From: a virus
Virus record (IMG/VR): IMGVR_UViG_3300016665_000824
Span: 64,001 to 128,000 of that record
Strand: one strand, 5' to 3'
DNA length: 64,000 bases
In this document: positions 45,387 to 55,658 of the stretch, one piece after another
How positions within the stretch are numbered: position 1 is the first letter of the stretch
Layout: every line of letters begins with the position of its first letter
Position numbers and translations under genes: made by a program
Notes under the pieces: generated by a model
The model's database searches: none
What the model was told of the DNA's origin: nothing
Seen by the model: only the letters and a program-made list of their open reading frames with translations

Positions 45387-47011
45387 TATCCCGATCGCCA
45401 CACGATATCCATCAGAGTTTCCCTACCAGCGAAAGCAATAACACAAGCGTCACTACAATTAGGCGATCGCCCCAATCTACGAATAGTTTTAGAAGCCTTA
45501 TCCTCAATGCGTAACTTCGCGTTGGGGGTTTCTTCGTAGTAGACGTTACTAAAGTCCGTCATCAGATATTCTTCCTCCTCTAGTGGTGCGATCGCCGATA
45601 TATCGTCATTGCCATCGGCAGCAGCAAAGAATTCACGCAGTTTCCAATACCATTGAGCCTTCCAGTTCATATATAGCTGATCGAAGTCTTGGTTGGCATC
45701 TTCTTCTACCGCATCACCAAAGTTAGCTGCCCATACTTGCGCTCCCCATCCGCGATCGAGCAAGTAAGCTAATGTACCCGAACCAACACCCGTGGCATCT
45801 ATACCCACTTTACAGTTAGGATAGACGCGCAGATATTCTTCCTCAATGATTTGGGCAATACGAATAACGTCTTTGCGATCGCCTACACAGGGGATAACCC
45901 TCGCGATCTTAAGCACATTACCTTGAAACCCACAAATAGCATGGTCATCACTCATGGAGCCGACATCTACACCAAAACTCCAAGGTGTATTGACATTGAT
46001 AATTGTTTCCCACAGATCGGGATTGAGATCGTATCTTGCCCGTGCCGCAACAAAGTAGCTCTTGGGAAGTATAGACGCGCCACCCGATTCCGAGAACAAG
46101 CCCTCAATACGAGTCAGCCAGAAAGGTGAGTTTTCACCCTTCTTGATACGCATCCTTTCAATCCATGCGATCGAGATAGCACCCTTGATTACATCTCTGG
46201 GTAAGTCAGCATCCCATTCGGATTGAGGTTTGATTGGCTCGTCGCGAGAGTTGGGGTCATTAGGCGATCGCTTAATCTTTGCCTCGACCTCTGGTTTAAG
46301 TCGGTGCATCCCATCAAGATGCAGGTCGTAAGCCCATTCAACATTTGGGTGCTGCCATGCACTGCATCTGATATGGCTGAGGTTGCAAGCAGTATAGAAA
46401 GGGGAGTCACATCTGGTTGGGTTGCCAATACGAAGAATCTTATTTTGTTCCCCTGTAAGACAGCTTTCTAGGGAGGTATCTACGGCAGGACTGATACCAC
46501 AGGCTTCATCTTCAATAATAAGCATTCGTTCTGAGTGGATACCCTGCGCTGCCGAATCATTATGGTCACTACTGGAAAAGCCGTATGCCTCAACCCCTTC
46601 TTCGAGGAATACCCGCAGCTCATTTCTCTTGCCGCCGAGCTTCTTCTTGTGTTTGTCGTATAGACGACGGACAACGCCCCAAAGCAACTTAGTAACCTGT
46701 CGGTGAGTTGGTGCGGTAGAGATAACAAGCGATCGCACAGCAAATACCGCCCAGAGGACTAACCACCCACTCAAGTATGTCTTGCCTAAACCGTGGCAGG
46801 CGGCAACATTGGTAACACGCTTGTTCTTGACCGATTCAAGAATGGTGATCTGTTGTCCCGTGATAACAATATCGGGTTCAAGGTATCGAATAAATCCTTC
46901 GGGGTCGTCGGCAAATCGGGTTAAGTCTTCACCGATCGCCACATCCCCCTCATTACCTGATACCAGCTTAATCTGCGTATTACAGCTCGTCTTCAGTCTC
47001 GCAAAGCCCAC
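45383..47011 (-). CDS. terL: terminase large subunit
   Basis: Walker A-like ACHGLGKT, Walker B-like LIIEDEA; 542 aa. Confidence 0.75.
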   Translation of the reverse strand: MGFARLKTSCNTQIKLVSGNEGDVAIGEDLTRFADDPEGFIRYLEPDIVITGQQITILESVKNKRVTNVAACHGLGKTYLSGWLVLWAVFAVRSLVISTAPTHRQVTKLLWGVVRRLYDKHKKKLGGKRNELRVFLEEGVEAYGFSSSDHNDSAAQGIHSERMLIIEDEACGISPAVDTSLESCLTGEQNKILRIGNPTRCDSPFYTACNLSHIRCSAWQHPNVEWAYDLHLDGMHRLKPEVEAKIKRSPNDPNSRDEPIKPQSEWDADLPRDVIKGAISIAWIERMRIKKGENSPFWLTRIEGLFSESGGASILPKSYFVAARARYDLNPDLWETIINVNTPWSFGVDVGSMSDDHAICGFQGNVLKIARVIPCVGDRKDVIRIAQIIEEEYLRVYPNCKVGIDATGVGSGTLAYLLDRGWGAQVWAANFGDAVEEDANQDFDQLYMNWKAQWYWKLREFFAAADGNDDISAIAPLEEEEYLMTDFSNVYYEETPNAKLRIEDKASKTIRRLGRSPNCSDACVIAFAGRETLMDIVWRSGY

Positions 47012-47567
47012 CGCTTAGTACCTCCCTGATAGTTGTTTGCGCTTGATCGGCGATCGCCATAATCGTCTCGGCTTTGGACTGCGGTAGTATTCCCTCGTTA
47101 GCCATTTGCGTCGCTAGTACATCGATTGTTGTCCGAGGTATCGCTGGCATAATCATCTCGATAATCTTGGGAGGGCAGCGCAGGATAACCTCGTTAGTAG
47201 TCTCTACCTCGTCAATGCAATCTAAGACTAATTCATCGGGCTTTTTCTTGTTTGGGACATACCGAGTCCTTTTAGTTCGAGAGGTGGTAGTCCTTGGAGA
47301 CTTGTGGCAGGTTAAATAGTCTTCTACGCAAGCCTTAGCTAAGTTAATAAAGTAATCGGGCTGCGATCGCCTGTAGGCTAGTAGCGCGTCGTCAATTTCT
47401 TCGCTCAGAGTTGGACACTCCTGTCTCAATCTGAGATACGTGTCTTTCGATAGAATACGAGGATCGTTTTTATAAATGGATTCGACCTCACCAGTTATCC
47501 TGATGCGGTCTTTTATCTCCTTTATTAATGCGGGAGTTACCTGCTTGATTACGCCTTTCTTAGCCAT
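46980..47567 (-). CDS. terminase small subunit candidate (positional)
   Basis: 195 aa immediately upstream of and overlapping terL. Confidence 0.3.
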   Translation of the reverse strand: MAKKGVIKQVTPALIKEIKDRIRITGEVESIYKNDPRILSKDTYLRLRQECPTLSEEIDDALLAYRRSQPDYFINLAKACVEDYLTCHKSPRTTTSRTKRTRYVPNKKKPDELVLDCIDEVETTNEVILRCPPKIIEMIMPAIPRTTIDVLATQMANEGILPQSKAETIMAIADQAQTTIREVLSGGLCETEDEL

Positions 47568-47598
47568 TCATCGACGAAAGCATGTCCTAACGCAGATT

Positions 47599-47847
47599 CT
47601 AGCCGATTTTGTGGTAATAGCGATCGCATTCTGCTAATTCTGACTCAATATACTTAAGATCGGACTCAAGATGAGGGGACAGAGGATTTAGATGGGCGTA
47701 TCTCATCTCGGCGGAATATCTTCTATAGAGGATCTTAAGCTCTTCCTTTGTTGGCTCAGGTAGCGATCGCCTAGCTCTGTCCTTGATCATTACATCGGAA
47801 TACTGTTCAAAAGCCAATTTATTCATTACTGATTCTGCTGATCGCAT
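47599..47847 (-). CDS. hypothetical protein
   Basis: 82 aa ORF. Confidence 0.35.
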   Translation of the reverse strand: MRSAESVMNKLAFEQYSDVMIKDRARRSLPEPTKEELKILYRRYSAEMRYAHLNPLSPHLESDLKYIESELAECDRYYHKIG

Positions 47848-48125
47848 AACACCACATTGTCAAAAGAAAATGGGACTAACTCCCCGTTGTCGAAGCGAAT
47901 CCACACCCTCTCACAAGCGATCGCCACTGTCTCTACGGTTGCCTCAAGCCCATACTTGCCATTGCCAGGGTATAGGCATACTACGCGATCGCCTTCTTCG
48001 GGAGTATATCTTCCGAGGCGTTTTAGAACTGTCTTTAGCTTGTGTATCATATTTTGCTTATTACTAACGGCAAGCCTGTTAGGAGATCGCATATTAACGA
48101 CAAACTTCAAGCTATAGACTTTCAA
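47826..48125 (-). CDS. hypothetical protein
   Basis: 99 aa ORF. Confidence 0.35.
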   Translation of the reverse strand: MKVYSLKFVVNMRSPNRLAVSNKQNMIHKLKTVLKRLGRYTPEEGDRVVCLYPGNGKYGLEATVETVAIACERVWIRFDNGELVPFSFDNVVLCDQQNQ

Positions 48126-48465
48126 AAGTTACAGCTTGATTAGCAAACATCCTGATCTGCTGAATCAACATCATTTTGTTTTCAGGGTTCGATTCTGCTT
48201 TGAGTTGATCATGCAGATTTAAAATCCACTCAGTAACCTTGACTGTGGATTCTTTTGCGGGGCTATCAAACAACCCTATGATTTGTGCGATCGCCTCCTT
48301 AGAGATTTCGTCCCACCCCATAGAGTCAATACTGCTAGCCAAAACAAAACTCAGCCTATTAACCGCTTCGTGTTTAGCTTTTCTATCCTCGGTTGTGGGC
48401 GGATGATATTTAAACCAATCACTCAACGGGATACCTAGATATAGTGCTTCCATAATTCTCCTCAA
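48112..48465 (-). CDS. hypothetical protein (first gene of terminase operon)
   Basis: 117 aa ORF. Confidence 0.4.
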   Translation of the reverse strand: MRRIMEALYLGIPLSDWFKYHPPTTEDRKAKHEAVNRLSFVLASSIDSMGWDEISKEAIAQIIGLFDSPAKESTVKVTEWILNLHDQLKAESNPENKMMLIQQIRMFANQAVTFESL

Positions 48466-48485
48466 ATGCTTTATAAAGGTAGGTT

Positions 48486-48580
48486 AAAACCCATCAGTTA
48501 AACCTTCAAGCACTGCCTTCAACAATATACGCGGCGCGTGTATCTCTGGCTTAGCTCTATTGATTTAACTGATGGGTTTT
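48486..48580. promoter_or_regulatory. perfect 17-bp inverted repeat (AAAACCCATCAGTTAAA / TTTAACTGATGGGTTTT) with 61-nt spacer
   Basis: Read directly: arms 48486-48502 and 48564-48580, inside a 657-bp ORF-free region upstream of the terminase operon. Confidence 0.5.
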
Positions 48581-49105
48581 GCAGAGAGTGGATTTTGCCT
48601 TTTTAGGAGCGCCAAGTAATTAGTTTTGGAAGAACAATTACTAACAAACTTTTATGCGATCGCACAACATGGCTTTTTCCTGATTCCTACATAGGCTTTT
48701 ACCCTGTAATGCCATGAATTTATAGGTTCAGCGATCGCATGGTAGACAGATTACTCTGTCCGCACTTTCTCTGGACAAGAAAGTAGTGGGATAATCAACC
48801 GCCAGCACCATATCTGGCATTCGTCACCACGAGGGCTTAAGGTGTGTGTTGCCACAGTTGATTGTTTGCTAGCGTACTGGAAAGGCGATCACTATTGCCT
48901 CATGACCACCTAAAACTCGCTCATATATTAAGGTTAGGCTTCGAGCAAGGCTTAATCTCAGGTCTAGCACCCCCTGTTCGACACCTTACTGCCGCAGGGA
49001 CGGTGCGATCGCCTACCAACTAGGGAAATTTATTCAATAACCACACGGAGAGACCCCGACGTTCATTGATAGTGCGATCGCAACATAATTCTAACACAGT
49101 CTTGT

Positions 49106-49123
49106 GGTGGTTCAGATCGGAAT
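49106..49123. repeat. 18-mer GGTGGTTCAGATCGGAAT (copy 3), overlapping stop codon of minus-strand gene 49123..49605
   Basis: One mismatch relative to copies 1 and 2. Confidence 0.55.
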
Positions 49124-49605
49124 TAGTTGGCTGCTCGACCACCACATCTAGTACCATCTGCGGCAGTCTGCCATGAGTATTGACAGTTTCCAGAGTATCC
49201 AGAAGTGTTTGAGGGTGGATTGTCTAGCAAATAAACAGGCTTTTGCTGACAAGTTAAAGAAGCACTATCAAAGGTTGAATCCGTCGGGCAGGGGGCAGTA
49301 CAAAGAGTCCCATCCCCACGTCTGTCGATAGTTCCTTTTGGGCAAGCACTACCAACCAGAAACCCTTGACTTGGAGAAGTTTTTTGTGATGAGGTTGGGA
49401 TGCTTCTTGATTCGCTAGTCGTATTGATAGAAGTCCCATTGTTGCCCGTACATAGATGGTCCAGATTTACCAGAACCCCTCGGCTGTTGACCATATAACA
49501 CAAGGGCAAGTTGCTGGGTAGCCCCTCAAAAGGATCTTTAGCGATCGCTAGTTGAGGCAAGGCAAAAATAGTAACAAGAGACAACAAGACACCGATCTTT
49601 TTCAA
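49123..49605 (-). CDS. secreted Cys-rich protein
   Basis: N-terminal signal-peptide-like MKKIGVLLSLVTIFALPQLAIA; 10 Cys in the mature part. Confidence 0.5.
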   Translation of the reverse strand: MKKIGVLLSLVTIFALPQLAIAKDPFEGLPSNLPLCYMVNSRGVLVNLDHLCTGNNGTSINTTSESRSIPTSSQKTSPSQGFLVGSACPKGTIDRRGDGTLCTAPCPTDSTFDSASLTCQQKPVYLLDNPPSNTSGYSGNCQYSWQTAADGTRCGGRAAN

Positions 49606-49671
49606 GATTTCTTCCTCTTTTTAGAATATATAAATGATTATTTCACTAAAGCCCGATCATTGGGTAGGCAT

Positions 49672-50331
49672 CTAGCCTCCGTAATAGTCAGCACATAAAT
49701 ACTCAAGCGATCGCCCTATTTTAACCGAGTAATTCTCACCCTCGATACTAGCTTCCTGCATCACCTTTTCTAAAGCCGCTCTCACGATCTCCACAGCGTC
49801 CGTAGGAACACTAAAGATCATTCGAGTGAATTCATCACTGGCTTCGGGAGGAGCTTTCTCCTTGGCGGCTTCGAGCATCTTGGCGAGACTTTCCTTTGTG
49901 TGAGGTGTGGGGAGATAAGCGCGATCGCCTAATTTCTTTTCAACCCTTTTGAGGGAAACACTTAGCTTAACTGGATCTTCTTCGCCGTGAGCCTTGGATG
50001 CGGAGGTGTATAACTCGTATTCTTCATCCTGTAAGCCCGTAATGACATTGCAATAGTAGTATTCCAGCCCCTCTAAGTATCTATGTTCGCCATTTACAAT
50101 CTCGTACTCACCCTCAATATGCGGATGGGGGCGAACAACAAGCGGCTCAATTTGGGTAAACATCTTTAAGCTCTCCCCCAAAGCCTTTTGGTGGTGAGGC
50201 TGCAAAACGTTTGAGTTCCAAGAGTTCGGATGTATCTTTGAGGTCTCAATCTTTACATTCCACTCTTTCTGGATTCGTTGCGCGATCGGTAGCGAATAAT
50301 CAATCTTCTTCGTCATCTTCATCCTCTTCAA
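49672..50331 (-). CDS. ParB-like nuclease domain protein
   Basis: EIVNGEHRY resembles the ParB N-terminal GxxR-type motif; weak. Confidence 0.35.
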   Translation of the reverse strand: MKRMKMTKKIDYSLPIAQRIQKEWNVKIETSKIHPNSWNSNVLQPHHQKALGESLKMFTQIEPLVVRPHPHIEGEYEIVNGEHRYLEGLEYYYCNVITGLQDEEYELYTSASKAHGEEDPVKLSVSLKRVEKKLGDRAYLPTPHTKESLAKMLEAAKEKAPPEASDEFTRMIFSVPTDAVEIVRAALEKVMQEASIEGENYSVKIGRSLEYLCADYYGG

Positions 50332-51481
50332 ATTTCTTGGGCATAATTACCGATGTCAGGAATGATTCCTGCTCTACTCCGTCGCAAGGGCTAACCATTA
50401 CTAGCGGTCGAGTTCCCTCGTATACCTCCAGCTTAATGTGTTTTGATTTTGTGGTATCCAAAATATGCTGCAAGTATTTTATGTTGAACCGAGCAGCAAA
50501 TCCTGACACGCCAACATCGCATGGCAGTGATTCTTCCACCCTGCCAACACCCGCAACTTCAGCAACAAGTATCAACTCATCACCCTTGATAGTGATGTCA
50601 ACCAAGTAGCTAGTAATCTCACCCTCACACAACGAAGCAACGGTCTTCAAGCTGGTAATCAGCTCTTTGCGATCGCACTTTACCGACCCAGACATCTCTT
50701 TGAGCCGTACGTTAACGAGACTCGATCGTACTGGTGGAAATGGTTGAGCAATTAGTGGTGAGATGATGGTTAGCGCGTGGCTATAAAACCAAATATGGTT
50801 ACTGGCTAAACGCACTTCAGTCTCTGCTTGGGTGATGTGCAGAACCTCTTTGAGCGATCGCGCAGGTATTGTCGCATTAATCAGCTTTTCACTCAATTCG
50901 GGGTGGACAAATCTGATACAAGATCCTCGACAGCCATCGGTTGCTGTGAAGGATAGGAATCTCGTCGGGTCATCTTCACCATCAATGATTTCGTCGTACT
51001 CCGCTAGGTTCACACCCGTAAGTGCAGGCTTAGTTTCGTCGTTAGATACGAGCTTTAAGGTAGCCACAATGCCGTCCCGCAGTATATCTGTGGCGATCGC
51101 AAAGGTGTCAGCATCAGTAATCTTGGGGGTGCTTGGGTATGAGTCGGCGCTGATAGTTGGTAGTGAGATTTTACTCTTACCACACTTAATAGTGGCAATA
51201 CCTTCGGATACCTTGATTAAAACCTCTTCACCGTTGAGGGACTTTACCGCGTCGGAGAATCGCTTGGCATTGAGCGCGATCGCGCCCTCTTCTTTGATAC
51301 TATCGGAATCCTCTCTGCGGATTAGCCAAAGCTTTAGGTCGGTAGCTGTGATGGTGAAGAGATCGTTCTTCGCTTCGAGTCGAAAGTTTGTTAAGATTTC
51401 CTGCGGTGGAGACTTAGAAACAGCTTCCTTTACTGCGTCCACCATCGATTTCAACGTTTTGAGAGGGAGTGTTAGTTGCAT
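50300..51481 (-). CDS. dnaN: DNA polymerase III beta subunit-like sliding clamp
   Basis: Matches to DnaN pattern: LFTITATDL, FTATDGCRG, FNIKYLQHILD, MPKKF near C-terminus; acidic tail. Confidence 0.55.
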   Translation of the reverse strand: MQLTLPLKTLKSMVDAVKEAVSKSPPQEILTNFRLEAKNDLFTITATDLKLWLIRREDSDSIKEEGAIALNAKRFSDAVKSLNGEEVLIKVSEGIATIKCGKSKISLPTISADSYPSTPKITDADTFAIATDILRDGIVATLKLVSNDETKPALTGVNLAEYDEIIDGEDDPTRFLSFTATDGCRGSCIRFVHPELSEKLINATIPARSLKEVLHITQAETEVRLASNHIWFYSHALTIISPLIAQPFPPVRSSLVNVRLKEMSGSVKCDRKELITSLKTVASLCEGEITSYLVDITIKGDELILVAEVAGVGRVEESLPCDVGVSGFAARFNIKYLQHILDTTKSKHIKLEVYEGTRPLVMVSPCDGVEQESFLTSVIMPKKFEEDEDDEED

Positions 51482-51506
51482 TTAGTATTATTACCACAAG
51501 ATTGCG

Positions 51507-51740
51507 TTACAAAAAGTTATCAATAACATTCTTCGCTCTGGCGATCGCCGCTCCAGAAGTTGTTTCTCCGCAGTCATGGGTATTGTCGCTGAGAACCCCC
51601 TTAAAGGCGCGATCACATACAAACCAGAAGTAGTGCGGAGGGTATTGAGGTGAAGCCTGCTCCGTAATAACAATGCCTTTCTTTTTGTATTTTTCGACGG
51701 CAACAACGTGGACGGATTTAAACAGGTCTGGCGGTTTCAT
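51507..51740 (-). CDS. hypothetical small protein
   Basis: 77 aa ORF. Confidence 0.3.
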   Translation of the reverse strand: MKPPDLFKSVHVVAVEKYKKKGIVITEQASPQYPPHYFWFVCDRAFKGVLSDNTHDCGETTSGAAIARAKNVIDNFL

Positions 51741-51775
51741 TTTCTGCTCCTAAACTCTTTGGATGATTGTTATCG

Positions 51776-52279
51776 CTATTCAAAAACCGAGTGGCAAACG
51801 AGACATACATAAGCAGCGATCGCGTAGACATACTTATACTCCGATGGGAGGAATGTCGGTTGCAATAGGGCATATCCAAAGACTCCTGTGAAAACAAAGG
51901 CGATCGCTGCCACCATCTTTTTACCGATCAGTTTTGCCCATAGGTTGGCAAGACCTAAAACCAGCAACCAGAAAAGTAGTGACGGACGGAGCAACAGCCA
52001 GTTAACGAAGAATCTAACCGCATGGATGTCATGCCTGCGATGGAATAATCTAGAAACAGGGTGGACTATGCCGTGGTGAACGAAGTTACTTAAGGGTATG
52101 CAGTCTCGAAGTAGTAACTCGCGAGAAAGATTAGCGTAGGTCATGTGATGGGTCTGATTAGATTTTAGGAACGGGAATACAGCACACCTGTCGAACATAA
52201 TGCTACGAAATTTTCGAGACTTCTGCTGCCAATCTTTTGAATGAATGTAGGCTTGATAATCTACTCTTACTTTTGTCAT
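51776..52279 (-). CDS. integral membrane protein
   Basis: 167 aa with several hydrophobic segments (LLLRPSLLFWLLVLGLANLWA, AIAFVFTGVFGYALL). Confidence 0.45.
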   Translation of the reverse strand: MTKVRVDYQAYIHSKDWQQKSRKFRSIMFDRCAVFPFLKSNQTHHMTYANLSRELLLRDCIPLSNFVHHGIVHPVSRLFHRRHDIHAVRFFVNWLLLRPSLLFWLLVLGLANLWAKLIGKKMVAAIAFVFTGVFGYALLQPTFLPSEYKYVYAIAAYVCLVCHSVFE

Positions 52280-53424
52280 TGTTTTTTGAATCTCTTATAA
52301 ACAGTTTCTGTATACTCAGCAATACTGGGGTAGGAGTTTCCACCATAGGTTTGGGGACGAGTGTTGTTAAATAGAGCTGGATCTCCCGAATACCAAATCG
52401 AAGCAGCCTTCCGAATTTGTTCTTCTTCGGATTTCGATGTTGGGGCGACCTGTTTTAGAGCTTCCTCTAACTTGCAGTCAATGATCTTGACCTGCTTAGT
52501 CTTGTCTTTAAGGAATTCCTGTTCGGTTAATGGAGAGCCGAGGCATTGAGTACTCCACGACTTGATGTTTTCAGGCATTATCTGCCCATAACCCAATGCG
52601 CCGCTATCTGCATTGATAGCTTTATGGTCGTGGTTTGATTCTTGACCAGCGATCGCATTACGAAGTCTCTCAACGACAGGTTTGGCTGGAGCCTTGGTCG
52701 GCTCTGTCCCCTGCAATAACCACGAGACAATACCTCTTGGAGGATTAATCAACTCGCCCTTGAACTTAACTCCGACGTGCAGGTGTGGACCGCTAGATGC
52801 TCCCGAATTTCCAGATTTGGCAATCATCGATCCGACGGGATGCCTACCTGAATAGCACTCGTTTAAGTGGAATAACTGGATTTCATATTCGGGTAGCAGA
52901 GGGCTGGTTACATAAGCTGCCACCCCTTCTGGCGGATTGAATGGGCTGAACGGGCAGGCAACATCTACAAAACCGTCATGAAATGCACTTTTAGAGCCTA
53001 ATTTCCCGATCGCGTAAACAGGAGTTCCAACTGGAGTTGCGATGTCAACGCCTTTGTGGTCTTCGCTACATGATGGGCATGGTTTTTCTCTCTTACCAAA
53101 GCCAGAAGTGACTTCATAGCCAAGTATTTTGTCCCCAACTTTAAGTGGCTCGTTAAAGTCCTCATCGGGCTTGAAGTTAACTTCAAGAGATGTCTTTGCG
53201 ACTGTTGGTAGTCCCAGAAACCTGTAAGCCCACTTAACCGAATCGTTTGCTGGCTTGTAGAGGATCGCGATCGCAATTAACGCGATCGCGAATAATTTAC
53301 CGTTTCTCCAGCGAGTCTCCTTTGCTTCGAGCTTCTCGTGGTAAACGATCTGAAACTCTTTGCTGGTTTCCTCCAGTTTCGGTTTTGGTGGTAGAAGGGG
53401 TCTCTTCTGGTGGCTTAAAACCAT
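52276..53424 (-). CDS. bifunctional peptidoglycan hydrolase: M23 peptidase + lytic transglycosylase-like domain, membrane anchored
   Basis: M23 motifs HKGVD and HLHVG; later QESNHD...GALGYGQIMPEN resembles SLT-type motif; N-terminal hydrophobic anchor. Confidence 0.6.
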   Translation of the reverse strand: MVLSHQKRPLLPPKPKLEETSKEFQIVYHEKLEAKETRWRNGKLFAIALIAIAILYKPANDSVKWAYRFLGLPTVAKTSLEVNFKPDEDFNEPLKVGDKILGYEVTSGFGKREKPCPSCSEDHKGVDIATPVGTPVYAIGKLGSKSAFHDGFVDVACPFSPFNPPEGVAAYVTSPLLPEYEIQLFHLNECYSGRHPVGSMIAKSGNSGASSGPHLHVGVKFKGELINPPRGIVSWLLQGTEPTKAPAKPVVERLRNAIAGQESNHDHKAINADSGALGYGQIMPENIKSWSTQCLGSPLTEQEFLKDKTKQVKIIDCKLEEALKQVAPTSKSEEEQIRKAASIWYSGDPALFNNTRPQTYGGNSYPSIAEYTETVYKRFKKQ

Positions 53425-53788
53425 ATCTAATAGGCTCGTCTAGACCTTGATCGAGTTGCACGTAAAGTTGTTTGGTTGAGTTGGTAAGGAATTTAAGATA
53501 AGTAACCGATCCTTTCTTGCCTTCACAAAAATAGTTGGGGAATTCTTTGAGAACCTGTCTTGTTGTTTTACCTTCAAGCTTGAGGGCTTGACTCATTGGT
53601 ACAGGTATTGTCTGAGATGAAGTGGTAAGGCAATCTTCGGTGTTGCCATCGAGTACTTTTGCTAGCTGTGTCTCCGCGATCGGGCGGAGATCTACGAAGG
53701 CGAGATAGCCTTCTTCTGGAAGATTTAAAGAAATAGCGATAAGCGCACCTAGCAGCAATGCGTTTATCGCTATGTCACGTTTTTTCAT
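53297..53788 (-). CDS. membrane-anchored hypothetical protein (start at internal ATG 53788)
   Basis: MKKRDIAINALLLGALIAISL signal-anchor-like N-terminus. Confidence 0.4.
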   Translation of the reverse strand: MKKRDIAINALLLGALIAISLNLPEEGYLAFVDLRPIAETQLAKVLDGNTEDCLTTSSQTIPVPMSQALKLEGKTTRQVLKEFPNYFCEGKKGSVTYLKFLTNSTKQLYVQLDQGLDEPIRYGFKPPEETPSTTKTETGGNQQRVSDRLPREARSKGDSLEKR

Positions 53789-53792
53789 TGGT

Positions 53793-54311
53793 TTAGCGAC
53801 GCTCAGCCCTTGCTTGACGAGGAGAAAATGCCACATCGTCATTTTTTTTAGTGTTCTCGGCAACGATGTCGTTAACCTTTTTTTCTGCGATCACACCAGT
53901 AAACTCTTTAACCGCAGAAACTCCGTTAAAAGCCCATGCGTTAGGCATTCCACCAGCTTCCGAGGTAGTGAGATAACGAGGCGTGGGATTGAAAAAACTA
54001 AGAAGAGCCATAATGCCCATAGGAATAACCACGATCGCTGTGCATCCGTATAGAAGCGCCCATCGTTTGTTGCTCAAAACAGAGTCTATAAATGCTCTAG
54101 CGGAAACGATGATTGCCTGATGCTGATCTTTGTCGATCAAGTAAACTCTTTTACCTGATTCAAGTCCATCAACAAGACCATCACCGTTGATATCGCCACT
54201 AAAAGCCGTCTTACCTGCTTTCCCGTAAACAACAATATCGCATTCTGCTCGTTTCATTGTCATTGGTTTTCCTCCTCCACCGCCCTGTGGCGGCATATTT
54301 CCTGCGTTCAT
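53793..54311 (-). CDS. membrane protein
   Basis: 172 aa; Gly-rich N-terminus, hydrophobic segment LLYGCTAIVVIPMGIMALLSF. Confidence 0.4.
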   Translation of the reverse strand: MNAGNMPPQGGGGGKPMTMKRAECDIVVYGKAGKTAFSGDINGDGLVDGLESGKRVYLIDKDQHQAIIVSARAFIDSVLSNKRWALLYGCTAIVVIPMGIMALLSFFNPTPRYLTTSEAGGMPNAWAFNGVSAVKEFTGVIAEKKVNDIVAENTKKNDDVAFSPRQARAERR

Positions 54312-54314
54312 GTT

Positions 54315-55658
54315 TTAAGCCGTTCTTGGAAACAGCACTAGGTTGTCTTTACCGATCGCGAGGATTCTATCAAGAGCTTCCTCCACCGATTCTTCAGTGA
54401 CTTCCGACTTCTCGGAATCAAACCTGAAGCCGTCCAGATGCTTGAGATCTGGCATTAATGCAATCTTGGGTATACCCATTGTGGTTAGCAATACTGGGCG
54501 ATCGCCTTGCTTCTTAGCCATTGCGATCGCATCTCCAAGCATCCCCGCAAGAGATAATCTTTGCTGCTTATTAGGGAATAGTTTTGCATCGGCAAGAGCT
54601 GCTTCAATGGGCCTATAGCCAACATCATTCTTTTCACCCATGCGACCTAGCGCAAGAACTGAGAAGCAGCCTCGCACTGGGTCGCTGAAGCCAATTTGAG
54701 TACAAAGGTGAGTTTGCGCGACAAGAATAAGGCGAACACACATCTCTCTTCCCATAGCAACTATCTGATTGAGCATTCCAAAAAATTCTGCCTCTCTTTT
54801 TGAGGAAGCAATCATGTCTTGTAGTACCCACCACTCGTCAAGGATTAGATATTGAGGGGCAAAGACTGGGCGCTTCCCGCCTTCTCGTAATATCTTTTGT
54901 ACTGCGCGAATCCTATTCTTCATGATCTTAAAGGCGCGGCTAATCTGCTCGGAAGCAGCATCAAGCTGCTCGTCTTGCGTGTCTTGATCTAAGTAGGTGA
55001 CGATGCCATCTTCGCTTTGAAGCCCTAGCCAGTCCGTTGTCTTTGGATCGACAATACCGAATTTAGAAGCGGGGTTGATCTTCTTTATTCGCTGGATAAG
55101 CGCCTTTAGCAAGGTAGACTTACCCGCGCCAGACTTGGTGGCAATCAGTACATGAAGATCTGTGTGAGCCACCTCGCCGATAATATCTCCAGTAAACACT
55201 CCTTTCGAGTACTCGGTAACAGCTATAGGCTCTTCGTCCGTATAAGGCTCGTCATCAAACTGAGGAGGTCTAACTGCTGCTACTGGTTGAGGGCGAGGCG
55301 CGGATGTGCGCTGAACATTGGTATTGCGAATAATTACTGGGGCAGCAACTTGCTGTTGAGCGTGAGGCAGAGCTACTGGAGTCTCCTCGCCTTTGGGTTG
55401 TTCATCTTCAAGGTTGCTTGCCAAGCCGACACCTGACGCGATCGCCATGCCAAGAAAAGCCAAAGTAGCAATAGGATTATTGTAGGAACTGGGCTGAAGT
55501 ACAGCCTGTTGCCCATGATCGTTAACACTTGAGTCTACCCTCCTGTATTCGTCTGCGGACTTAAATAGGACATCTCTCGGTAATACCGACCATCCAGCAG
55601 CTCCTAGCCATGCTGCACAGCTAATGCCTAATAGTAGGTTTACTGTTGACTTCTTCAT
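54315..55658 (-). CDS. FtsK/SpoIIIE-like membrane-anchored P-loop ATPase
   Basis: Walker A IATKSGAGKST, Walker B YLILDEW; N-terminal hydrophobic segment and Pro/Gln-rich linker. Confidence 0.5.
   Translation of the reverse strand: MKKSTVNLLLGISCAAWLGAAGWSVLPRDVLFKSADEYRRVDSSVNDHGQQAVLQPSSYNNPIATLAFLGMAIASGVGLASNLEDEQPKGEETPVALPHAQQQVAAPVIIRNTNVQRTSAPRPQPVAAVRPPQFDDEPYTDEEPIAVTEYSKGVFTGDIIGEVAHTDLHVLIATKSGAGKSTLLKALIQRIKKINPASKFGIVDPKTTDWLGLQSEDGIVTYLDQDTQDEQLDAASEQISRAFKIMKNRIRAVQKILREGGKRPVFAPQYLILDEWWVLQDMIASSKREAEFFGMLNQIVAMGREMCVRLILVAQTHLCTQIGFSDPVRGCFSVLALGRMGEKNDVGYRPIEAALADAKLFPNKQQRLSLAGMLGDAIAMAKKQGDRPVLLTTMGIPKIALMPDLKHLDGFRFDSEKSEVTEESVEEALDRILAIGKDNLVLFPRTA

Noticed and set aside
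48466-49122. Possible tRNA or other small RNA gene in the long non-coding region
   Set aside because: No convincing cloverleaf (acceptor stem plus GTTCGAATCC-type T-loop) could be traced by eye on either strand; left as an unassigned structured region.
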